Positions 1 through 7,899 of a stretch of DNA of 32,000 nt are shown in pieces. Position 1 is the stretch's first letter. The number at the start of each line of letters is the position of its first letter. Under the pieces are notes generated by a model. The model was not told where the DNA came from, did no database searches, and saw only the letters and a list, made by a program, of their open reading frames with translations. Source of the DNA: Halogeometricum borinquense DSM 11551 (GTDB taxonomy: Archaea; Halobacteriota; Halobacteria; Halobacteriales; Haloferacaceae); NCBI RefSeq assembly GCF_000172995.2, contig NC_014729.1, forward strand, positions 900,001 to 932,000, read 5' to 3'. Position numbers and translations under genes: made by a program.

Positions 1-972
1 GAGTCTGGCCTCCCGGCCGACCTGTTCGCCGTCGTGACTGGCCGCGGCGACGACATCGGCGAAACCGTGGTCGAAGAATCCGACTACGTCTGCTTCACCG
101 GTAGCACGGAAGTGGGCCGCACTGTCGCAGCAGCGGCCGGACGGAATTTGATCGACTGTTCGCTCGAACTCGGCGGGAAGAATCCGATGCTCGTCCTCTC
201 GGACGCCGACGTGGACGCCGCCGCCGAGAACGCCGCACAGGCGTGTTTCTCGAACGCCGGTCAACTCTGTATCTCCATCGAACGCATCTACGTCGATAGC
301 GACGTGCGCGAGGACTTCCTCGATGCCTTCGTCAGAGAGACACAGCGACTCACGCTTGGCGCGGGGTACGACTTCGACTACGACGTGGGGACGCTCGCGT
401 CCGAAGCCCAGTTAGAAAAAGTCCAATCGCACGTCGAAGACGCCGTAGAGAAAGGTGCGTCAGTACAGACCGGCGGGCGGCGACGCGACGATGTCGGCCC
501 GTACGCGTACGAACCAACAGTGCTGACCGGCGTGACCGACGAAATGCTGTGTGCTGATGCGGAGACGTTCGGACCGGTCGCCGCAGTGTATGAGGTGTCG
601 GGTATCGCTGACGCCGTCGAACGTGCGAACGAGGGACCGTACGGTTTGAACGCGAGCGTCTGGTCGGGTGATACAGCGCGCGCCGAACAGGTCGCCGCAC
701 GCATCGAAGCGGGCACCGTGAACGTCAACGACGGCTACGCCGCAGCGTGGGGGTCGGTGGACGCACCGATGGGCGGCATCGGTGACTCCGGAATCGGCCG
801 ACGGCACGGCGAAGTAGGAATGACGCGGTTCACTGAGTCGCAGACAGTAGCAACCCAGCGTGGACGGCCGCTTACCCGCCCATCGGGTGTCCCCCCGCGG
901 CTTTGGACCTTCCTGCTGAACGCCAACGAACGGCTAGCGAATCGGCTCACTGCTTGGCGACGGAGCGGCTGA
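1..972 (+). CDS. NAD(P)-dependent aldehyde dehydrogenase, C-terminal ~323 aa (5' end lies outside the window)
   Basis: Frame 1 is open from base 1 (ESGLPADLFAVV precedes the GTG at 34 that the track uses as start). ALDH signatures are present: LELGGKNP (catalytic Glu) and NAGQLCISIERIYV (catalytic Cys). TGA at 970-972. Confidence 0.88.
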   Translation, partial: ESGLPADLFAVVTGRGDDIGETVVEESDYVCFTGSTEVGRTVAAAAGRNLIDCSLELGGKNPMLVLSDADVDAAAENAAQACFSNAGQLCISIERIYVDSDVREDFLDAFVRETQRLTLGAGYDFDYDVGTLASEAQLEKVQSHVEDAVEKGASVQTGGRRRDDVGPYAYEPTVLTGVTDEMLCADAETFGPVAAVYEVSGIADAVERANEGPYGLNASVWSGDTARAEQVAARIEAGTVNVNDGYAAAWGSVDAPMGGIGDSGIGRRHGEVGMTRFTESQTVATQRGRPLTRPSGVPPRLWTFLLNANERLANRLTAWRRSG

Positions 973-981
973 ACGCCTTTC

Positions 982-1290
982 TCAGCGGCGTTCGATTCGG
1001 TCGGGGTTTGGAGTCGGCACACATCCGCCGCTGACCGGCGGGAAGAGGGCGAGTTCGTCGCCGTCGCTCACTTCCTCCGAGAGCGACGTGTCCGCACCGT
1101 TTCGCAGGAGGTTCACGTGGTCTGCGAGCACGCCGTCGTCGAAGACACGGGTGCGAAGACCGTCGTGGTTGTCCAAGAGTGCGTCCAGTGCGTCTTCGAC
1201 TGTCGCATCGTCGGCGACGGTGACAGCGGTTTCTCTCTCCCCCGCCACTTCTGCGAGATCGGCGAACAAGCGCCACCGTACGGTCGTCAT
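982..1290 (-). CDS. samp1: Ubiquitin-like small archaeal modifier protein (MoaD/ThiS fold, SAMP1-like) with a 13-aa extension after the diglycine
   Basis: ATG at 1288-1290 gives MTTVRWRLFADLAEVAGE...DELALFPPVSGG. This closely matches my recollection of H. volcanii SAMP1 (MEWKLFADLAEVAG...DELALFPPVSGG). Codon-by-codon reading shows GG (1024-1029) followed by TGT and 12 more sense codons (CVPTPNPDRIERR) before TGA at 982-984. Confidence 0.8.
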   Translation of the reverse strand: MTTVRWRLFADLAEVAGERETAVTVADDATVEDALDALLDNHDGLRTRVFDDGVLADHVNLLRNGADTSLSEEVSDGDELALFPPVSGGCVPTPNPDRIERR

Positions 1291-1357
1291 ACGTCGATGT
1301 TCTCCGCCGCGGCGTGATGAGTATTGCGCCACGAGCGAGGAGTTCGGCTATCGACCC

Positions 1358-2596
1358 TCAGTCGTCGTCCGAAAGGTCGGTCCCCGCTACCTCGCCCCGT
1401 TCATCCATCTCTGCTGACTTGCCTTCGGGTGCCGTCGCCGCCCGCGCGATGCGCCGAATCGTCTCGGGGCGAGCAACGAGGAACAGGATGTCGCCAGCGG
1501 CAAGTTCCCGCGACCGGGATGGGATCGTTTCGACCGCACCGACGGACGGCCGGACGGCGATGACGGTTGCGTCGAGACTTCGCAACGTCTCTCCGACGAG
1601 TTCACTCCCTGTTTCGACGGGCACCGTCTCCATCGTTTCGTCGGCGCTCCGGAGCAGGGAGGTAAACTCGTGTTCTGCGCCGGGGTCCGACGGAAGCGTC
1701 ACGAGGCGGTACGGCTCCTCATAATCGAGTTGTTGGGCGTCGCTCTCGTCTACGATGACTGTTGCGACGTCGTCCGCCGTCGCACGGAGTTCCGCGCCGA
1801 CGACTCGTTCGGGCGTCCCGTCCTCGCCCGTTCGCCACAGTTGGACGGCGTCACCCGCAGATGCACCGGCACCGGGATCCGCGTGGACGGCGACGGCGGC
1901 GACACCCGGCGGCATCGTCGGCCCCAACCCGGCGACGCGGCGGCCGAGCGCCAGATACGAGACGTTTCCTGCGTCGTCGAGTTCTGCGTCTACGTGGCCG
2001 ACGCCGTAGTCTTCTTTGATGCGAGTCACCAAGCGGTCCGTCAGTGCTTCGCGTGTGAGGCGACGCGGAAACAGGAGCCGTTTGCCCGCCATCTCCGCTT
2101 TCCTGTCTACGGGAACGGGGTCGTAGCCGTCGATGTCAGCTATCTCGGACGCTTCTTCCGGCAGTTCGACCGCCGTGACACGCCCAACTGTTCGGACGAT
2201 GCGACTCACTTCGGCGTCTATCGACCGCGCACCGGCGACGGCGAACACGTCGGTGGCGATTCGGTCACCGACGGACCGCCCGACGGGCGAGGCGACGAGA
2301 GCGGCAAGGAGAATGGTCGAGTTCAGAAGAACCGTCGCCGGATCGAACACCTCCGTCGAGCGCTCCGTCGTCGTTCTGAGGAGCCCAACAGCGTTGAGGT
2401 AGAGTGCCGCCGAAGACCCACCGAACAGGGCGGCCAACCACCGCGGAATGAGTTCGCGGGTGTACCAACGGTATACGATTGCCGCCGTGGCGGAAAGCCC
2501 GGCTGAGAGGGCGGCGAGTCCGACGACCAGCGGAATCTCTTGTAGGAGACCGCCAACCAGTCGAAGGACCGAATCGAGTTGGAGAGGGAGGCTCAC
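1358..2596 (-). CDS. Membrane protein with C-terminal TrkA-C (RCK_C) domain, paralog 1
   Basis: The GTG start at 2594-2596 overlaps the upstream TGA (GTGA). The resulting N-terminus SLPLQLD... parallels the paralog's N-terminus ESLPVELL. It has N-terminal TM helices and a C-terminal TrkA-C-like segment (ETGSELVGETLRSLDATVIAVRP...AAGDILFLVARPE). No in-frame ATG is available near the N-terminus. Confidence 0.75.
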   Translation of the reverse strand: MSLPLQLDSVLRLVGGLLQEIPLVVGLAALSAGLSATAAIVYRWYTRELIPRWLAALFGGSSAALYLNAVGLLRTTTERSTEVFDPATVLLNSTILLAALVASPVGRSVGDRIATDVFAVAGARSIDAEVSRIVRTVGRVTAVELPEEASEIADIDGYDPVPVDRKAEMAGKRLLFPRRLTREALTDRLVTRIKEDYGVGHVDAELDDAGNVSYLALGRRVAGLGPTMPPGVAAVAVHADPGAGASAGDAVQLWRTGEDGTPERVVGAELRATADDVATVIVDESDAQQLDYEEPYRLVTLPSDPGAEHEFTSLLRSADETMETVPVETGSELVGETLRSLDATVIAVRPSVGAVETIPSRSRELAAGDILFLVARPETIRRIARAATAPEGKSAEMDERGEVAGTDLSDDD

Positions 2597-3897
2597 GACA
2601 CCACCTCCGTGAACGTCGTGAGGTCGGAGTACGCGCCGACAACGATCAACTCGTCGTCGGATTGTACCGGTTGGTCGCCGCGGGGGGCAACGGTCCACCG
2701 GCCATCGCGTCTGACCGCCAAGACCACCACATTGTACGTCTCTCGGACGTTCGCCTCTCCCAGCGTCGTGCCGTCGAGGACGCCGTCTTCGCGGGTGGTA
2801 AGCCGACGGAACCGGTTGCCTGTGCGGCGGAGCAGCGTCACAAGTTCGAACTCACGGCGCACGCCACGCGAGCGGACGAGAAGGGCGACATCGTCGGCTG
2901 AGAGTATCTCCGAGGCGTCCTGCCGTCGGACTGCAAGCGTGACCCGCGCCTCGCCACCTGCCGCTGTGGGAACCGCTGCGGGCGGCAACGGAGCGTCGGT
3001 ACGATCACCACCGTCAGACCGGAGGTCCGACGAAGCACGCGAATCAGCGGGTTGTTTCCAACCAGAGCGACGACTTTGCCCGCCGTCTGTGGCGGCCACG
3101 TCTCCGGACTGGGTTTCTTTCGTTCCGTCTACGCCGTCTGCGACGCCGAGAACCGTGGCGTGGAACGTCTCTTCGCCCGCGAGAACCATCACCTCGTCGC
3201 CGCGAGTGGTCCCCGTCGGGACGAGCGCGGTGGTTGAGACAGCACGCTCACCGGGACTGAGTCGTTTCGAGAGCCCGCTCATCGCCGGCGCGGCCGCAAT
3301 CGTCGCCCGAGCGCGTTCGTCCAGCGTCACATCGGCCTCCGCGAGATCGAACTCCGTTCTGAGGCGATCCTCGACCCGTGTCTCCAGTTCCAAAAGCGGT
3401 ACGTCAGCCGGAAACGTCCACTCACTCGTCCGAATCTGGTCACGGAGTGTCGCCGGAAGTGGCGGATAGCCCTCCACGTCCGCAACTTCACCGACCACGG
3501 TCACACGGACCTGTCCGCGTCCGCCGACGAGTTCGACCACGTCCGAAGACAGCGTCCGGGCGGTGAGTTCGCGCAAGGAGAGTTTTCGCGGGAGGTTCGC
3601 CCCCATCTTGTCACCGAGGCTGTGCGCGTACAGCGTCACCATCAGCACGACGAGGAGGGCGACAGTGAGACGAACTTGGTCGTCCGAGACGGTGACCGCC
3701 GGATCAGCGAGGGCGAGGAGGCCGCCGTTGAGCCCCGCGATAGCGACACCGAGACCGACGACAGCTAACCCCGGAATCGTGATGCCGGTGAAGTACCGGA
3801 AGGTAAAGCCGAGCGCCCACGCGATGAGTGCCGGAACGAACCCCGTGAGGACGCCGAGGTAGAGACCGTAGAGCAGTTCGACTGGGAGCGACTCCAT
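2593..3897 (-). CDS. Membrane protein with C-terminal TrkA-C (RCK_C) domain, paralog 2
   Basis: ATG at 3895-3897 (MESLPVELLYG...); the track start at 3903 is a GTG. It has 3-4 N-terminal TM helices. The C-terminus GTTLGEANVRETYNVVVLAVRRDGRWTVAPRGDQPVQSDDELIVVG is TrkA-C-like. Confidence 0.78.
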   Translation of the reverse strand: MESLPVELLYGLYLGVLTGFVPALIAWALGFTFRYFTGITIPGLAVVGLGVAIAGLNGGLLALADPAVTVSDDQVRLTVALLVVLMVTLYAHSLGDKMGANLPRKLSLRELTARTLSSDVVELVGGRGQVRVTVVGEVADVEGYPPLPATLRDQIRTSEWTFPADVPLLELETRVEDRLRTEFDLAEADVTLDERARATIAAAPAMSGLSKRLSPGERAVSTTALVPTGTTRGDEVMVLAGEETFHATVLGVADGVDGTKETQSGDVAATDGGQSRRSGWKQPADSRASSDLRSDGGDRTDAPLPPAAVPTAAGGEARVTLAVRRQDASEILSADDVALLVRSRGVRREFELVTLLRRTGNRFRRLTTREDGVLDGTTLGEANVRETYNVVVLAVRRDGRWTVAPRGDQPVQSDDELIVVGAYSDLTTFTEVVS

Positions 3898-3987
3898 CTG
3901 CACACGTTTCTCGGCGGGAACGGCTTACGCTTATCGCCCACTGTCACTGTCGCGTCCGTTAAGTAGTAAAGTCGCCACCGGTCGGGT

Positions 3988-5205
3988 ATGGTGATCGAAC
4001 GGGAGTGGGTTGGTGCACGCGCGTCGATGGTGTTGACGTTCCTCGTGGGCGCACTCTCCGTCGCAACGGGTATCGCCAATATCACCGTCACTATCGACGC
4101 TCCCGACTTCGTACTGTTCGGTATCACCCTGCCCGGCTACGTCCAGCAGATCACCGCGTTCACAGGCACGCTTACCGGCTTTCTCCTTCTCGTCACCGCG
4201 TTCGGCCTTCGCCGACGCCTTCGAGTCGGGTGGTATGCAACGATGGTGCTGTTTCCCGTCACTGTCGCGCAGGGGGCGTTACAGTCAACTGAGCAGTCGA
4301 TTCCGCTCATCGGTCTCTCGACGATTGCGTTCGTCGTCGTCGGCTTGAACTTCCGGGCGTTCGACCGCGAGTTGCAACTGACGACGACGCAGGTCGCCGC
4401 GTTGACTGCCCTCGCTGGCGCACAGGCGTACGGAACCGTCGGCGCGTTTGCCTTGCGTGATCCTCACTTCGACGGTATCCACAACCTCTTGGACGCCTTT
4501 TACTTCTCGTTGGTCACCGGCAGTACGGTCGGCTATGGCGATATCACACCGGCACCGACCTCGGCCGTCGGCGAACTGTTCACTCTCTCGGTGATTCTAG
4601 TCACCGTTTCGTCGTTCGCCGCCGTCCTCGGTGTCGTCTTCACGCCACTCATCGAAGCGCAACTCTCCAAAGCACTCGGACGCATGACAGAAGAACAACT
4701 CGACCTCCTCGAAAACCACGTTCTCGTCCTCGGTCACGGGGACCTGACGGAACCGATTCTCGAAGAACTCACGCAGAAGACGGACGTTCTCATCCTCACG
4801 CCTGACGAGGAGCGAACGCGTCGGTTGACAGACCGTGGGTACACCGTCCTCACCGCCGATCCGAGCGACGAAGACTCACAGATTCGCGGACGCGTGAAGT
4901 CCGCACAGGCCGTCGTCACGGCGACGAACAACGACGCCGAGGACGCGCTCGCCATCCTCACGGCACGGCAACTCAACCCCGAGGTGACTATCGTCGCCGC
5001 CGCCACCCACCGCGAGAACGTGAACAAACTGAAGCGGGCGGGTGCGGATACCGTCATCAGTCCGGCGGCGTTGGGTGCGCACTTCCTCGCGGAATCCGCT
5101 CTCGGAGGCGAGGGCGTCGAAGAGTTAGCACAACGGCTGATGGCTGAAGAACCGTCGCAAGACGGTGACGCACAGGACGTTCTCAGAGACGAGGACGACG
5201 CTTAA
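3988..5205 (+). CDS. Potassium channel protein (pore TVGYGD) with cytoplasmic TrkA-N/RCK domain
   Basis: K+ selectivity filter GSTVGYGDITP. Rossmann-like RCK segment HVLVLGHGDLTEPILEEL...VTATNNDAEDALAILTAR. ATG at 3988. Acidic C-terminal tail. Confidence 0.9.
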   Translation: MVIEREWVGARASMVLTFLVGALSVATGIANITVTIDAPDFVLFGITLPGYVQQITAFTGTLTGFLLLVTAFGLRRRLRVGWYATMVLFPVTVAQGALQSTEQSIPLIGLSTIAFVVVGLNFRAFDRELQLTTTQVAALTALAGAQAYGTVGAFALRDPHFDGIHNLLDAFYFSLVTGSTVGYGDITPAPTSAVGELFTLSVILVTVSSFAAVLGVVFTPLIEAQLSKALGRMTEEQLDLLENHVLVLGHGDLTEPILEELTQKTDVLILTPDEERTRRLTDRGYTVLTADPSDEDSQIRGRVKSAQAVVTATNNDAEDALAILTARQLNPEVTIVAAATHRENVNKLKRAGADTVISPAALGAHFLAESALGGEGVEELAQRLMAEEPSQDGDAQDVLRDEDDA

Positions 5206-5235
5206 CGAACTAACTCGGGACCGCCGGCGACACCC

Positions 5236-6708
5236 TCAGAGGTCGCCGCGGTCGAACACGGCCACGTCGCACTCGACTTCTCGAATCCGCTCGAACGTCG
5301 GCGGAGCGACGAACCGCGAGGCCGCAGAGCGGTTCTGACTCGATCCGAGGACGACGAGGTCGTACGACTCCGCGTTTGCGGTGAGGAACGACTGCACATC
5401 GGAGCGCGAGACGCGCGTCTCAAGCGGCGTGTCAACCGTTTCGACGAGGTTCGCCAGCCGCGTCTCGGCCCGCCGCCGCTCTACCTCGCTGTTGATACAG
5501 GTCGTGACGCTCACGACGCCGTTGCGCCCGGTGAGGCGGGTCGCGAAATCGATCATCGCGTGGGCGGTGTCACCCGGCCGCGACACCAACACGAGGATCC
5601 GCTTCCAGCGCCGCGTCTCACACACTGAGCGAAACGCCACCGCGTCCATCGGACTGCGGAAGATACCACGGACGTAGTCCGAGAGCAAGCCGCGGTCTTC
5701 CTCGTAGGGCGTTACGATGAGGTCACAGTTGGCGTTCTGTGCGGACTGAATCGTCGTCGAAAGCGGGTCGCCCGCGGCGACGACGACTTCGCAGGGAACA
5801 CCGACGTGGGTGCGGATGTCGGCGGCACACGACTCCAACTCTGCGACCATTTCGTCCGCTTCGACCGGGAGGTTGTCATCGTCGTCACCGTCACTCGTAG
5901 CGATATCGACCGCCTCGGTTTCGGGCGATTGCCCGGGATCCGACTCGTTGACGATGCCGAGTAACACCACTTTCCCGGCGTCGTGGGCGGCGGCGAGGCG
6001 CGAGCCGAACAGGGCCGTCCGCTCGGCGTCTTCGCCGCGCATCGGAATGAGGACGTGGTCGTCGCCGCGAACCGTCTCGTAGAGGTACTGTGCGCGTTCC
6101 TCGTAGAACTCCTCGCGCCAGACGACGAACGCGCCCGCGACGATCAGCGAGGCGAGAAAGATGTTGACGACGTACGCGACGGCACTCTGTGTCTGCGAGA
6201 GTTCAGTCGCCGGATTGGAAACGAGCGTCAGCAGCGCGGTCGAGAACGCCGATGGTGCCTCTACGCCCGCACCCCACGTGACGACCCCGGTGAGGAATAC
6301 CGCCAGTACGGCGCTCTCGGGATGTGGTATCGTTGTCTGCGGCGCGCCGTACACCATCTCGGTGAACCCCACCGACGCGAGACCGCACACCGCACCGGTA
6401 GTGAGGCTGCCGACGAACTTCTTCGGACTCGCGTACTGTCCCTCGGGGTCGGAGAACAGCGTGTACGTCCCCGACGCCAACGGCGGGAACAGGAGGTACG
6501 AGAGTTTATCGATAGTGGCGGTGAGGAACGTGACGAACCCGATGAGAAGCGGGACAAAAAGCAGGATCGAGAGATGCAGTAAGTTGTTCGTGTTCTCTAG
6601 CCAGCGACGAAACTCCGACAGTTCCCGGCGTTCGATTCGCCGGAGGCGGGCGACGAACGTGGACAGTCGGGCCACGAGGTCGGCCGCGAGTCGTCGGAGT
6701 CGAATCAT
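5236..6708 (-). CDS. HPP-family membrane domain fused to tandem universal stress protein (USP) domains
   Basis: The N-terminal polytopic region LLFPPLASGTYTLFSDPEGQYASPKKFVGSL...VEAPSAFSTALL resembles the HPP family. The C-terminal half has two USP-like alpha/beta units (VVLLGIVNES..., ILVLVSRPGDTAHAM...VVLGSSQ). The ATG at 6706-6708 is only 2 nt after the udp stop. Confidence 0.75.
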   Translation of the reverse strand: MIRLRRLAADLVARLSTFVARLRRIERRELSEFRRWLENTNNLLHLSILLFVPLLIGFVTFLTATIDKLSYLLFPPLASGTYTLFSDPEGQYASPKKFVGSLTTGAVCGLASVGFTEMVYGAPQTTIPHPESAVLAVFLTGVVTWGAGVEAPSAFSTALLTLVSNPATELSQTQSAVAYVVNIFLASLIVAGAFVVWREEFYEERAQYLYETVRGDDHVLIPMRGEDAERTALFGSRLAAAHDAGKVVLLGIVNESDPGQSPETEAVDIATSDGDDDDNLPVEADEMVAELESCAADIRTHVGVPCEVVVAAGDPLSTTIQSAQNANCDLIVTPYEEDRGLLSDYVRGIFRSPMDAVAFRSVCETRRWKRILVLVSRPGDTAHAMIDFATRLTGRNGVVSVTTCINSEVERRRAETRLANLVETVDTPLETRVSRSDVQSFLTANAESYDLVVLGSSQNRSAASRFVAPPTFERIREVECDVAVFDRGDL

Positions 6709-6710
6709 GC

Positions 6711-7439
6711 CTACGCGAGCGTCGTAACCGCGTCTAGTGTCAGCGTGATCGCTCGCTCGACGTTATTCTTCGCCTTCTCGGGGAGTTCCTCGTCGGAGTC
6801 TGCGCCTTTCTGCGTCCCTTTCACGAGATTGCCGTCAACAGTACAGATTGCACCCGCACGGAGGCCCCTGCGTCGCGCAAGGGAGAACACCGTAGCCGCC
6901 TCCATCTCGATGCCGAGGAGACCGGCCTCGTTCCACGCTTCGACGTAGTCGTCGGACTCGTTGTAGAACGCGTCGTCGGAGACGATGGGTCCGACGTGGA
7001 CCTCCTCGTCGTTCGCTTCCGCCGAATCGACAAGGGAGGTGAGTACGTCGTAGTCCGGCACTGCCGGGATAACTTTCGACTCGTAGCGTCTGGTGGTTCC
7101 TTCCTCCTTTGCGGCACCCGTCGCCACGATCATGTCGCCGATTTCGACGTGTTCCTGCAAGGCACCGATAGTGCCGACGCGGATGAACGTCTCGACACCG
7201 ACGCGCGACAGTTCCTCGATAGCGATAGCGGCGGAGGGACAGCCGATACCCGTCGAGCAGATCGTGAGCGGGACGCCATCGTACGTCGCGTTAACAACCT
7301 TGTACTCTCGGTTCTGCGCGACTTCTTCGACGTTCTCACACTGCTTTGCGATGCGGTCCACACGGCCGGGGTCGCCGGGGATAAGTGCGATCTCTTCGAC
7401 GTCGCCTTCCTCGACGAGCAGATGCGGTTGCTTGGCCAT
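6711..7439 (-). CDS. udp: Uridine phosphorylase / PNP-UDP family nucleoside phosphorylase
   Basis: MAKQPHLLVEEGDVEEIALIPGDPGRVDRI...CSTGIGCPSAAIAIEEL...IEMEAA is typical of the PNP_UDP_1 family. ATG at 7437-7439. A TTTTTCAG box lies about 30 nt upstream on the minus strand. Confidence 0.88.
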   Translation of the reverse strand: MAKQPHLLVEEGDVEEIALIPGDPGRVDRIAKQCENVEEVAQNREYKVVNATYDGVPLTICSTGIGCPSAAIAIEELSRVGVETFIRVGTIGALQEHVEIGDMIVATGAAKEEGTTRRYESKVIPAVPDYDVLTSLVDSAEANDEEVHVGPIVSDDAFYNESDDYVEAWNEAGLLGIEMEAATVFSLARRRGLRAGAICTVDGNLVKGTQKGADSDEELPEKAKNNVERAITLTLDAVTTLA

Positions 7440-7635
7440 ATGTGAGCCTCACGCGATGGCCTGAAAAACGACGCGATCCGAGAAGCGACAGTCGGATTCG
7501 ACGTGATCGATGCCAACACACAAACGGATGATTTCGGCCGGTTCATCGCTCCCTAACCGATAGCGACCACAGTTTAACGTCCGTGAGAATCACTGTATCC
7601 AACTGATAACTAAGACTATTGGTGTCTTCCCACAT

Positions 7636-7895
7636 AGTGGCCGTCGAAGGCCGTTCCGCATCCGGGAAAATCCATCCCATCCCCGCCGGGCAGGCGTTTG
7701 CCCCACGTCCCCCTGCGTACGAATCCCGGGCGGAACTGTCCGGTCACCGTCCGACACACCGGCGCATCGGAGCGCGCAACGAGGCTCGGTTCGCACCGAC
7801 ACGAGTTTCCCCGGTTCACTCGCGTGTCCCCGATTCGCCATCACGGCTCTCGGCACGGTGCGTCGTCGGTGACCACTTCGGCGGTATTCCCCCTT
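7636..7895 (+). ncRNA. Candidate structured non-coding RNA or structured leader (family unresolved; may extend to about 8007)
   Basis: No credible ORF; all local ORFs are Arg/Pro/Ser-rich. Hand folding gives four elements. There is a hairpin at 7636-7655. A 17-bp interrupted long-range helix pairs 7742-7761 with 7856-7874. A hairpin lies at 7798-7828. A closing helix pairs 7664-7672 with 7883-7891. Wobble pairs favour the + strand 5 to 1. An AT-rich box at 7605-7620 lies about 26 nt upstream. Confidence 0.3.
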
Positions 7896-7899
7896 CAGC

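Noticed and set aside
2579-3469. 296-aa plus-strand Ser/Arg/Thr-rich ORF, with similar ORFs at 1670-2506 and 5983-6727
   Set aside because: These lie antisense to or off-frame of the TrkA-C and HPP-USP genes. Their basic low-complexity composition is incompatible with a haloarchaeal proteome.
7636-7895. Assigning the structured non-coding region to RNase P RNA or SRP 7S RNA
   Set aside because: I could not find the universal RNase P CR-I GGAAAGUCC with a complementary P4 3' strand, or an ACAGAA-type CR-V. I also found no SRP helix-8 GNAR loop with the AGCA motif on either strand. I therefore leave the family unassigned. Only an Rfam covariance-model search can settle it.
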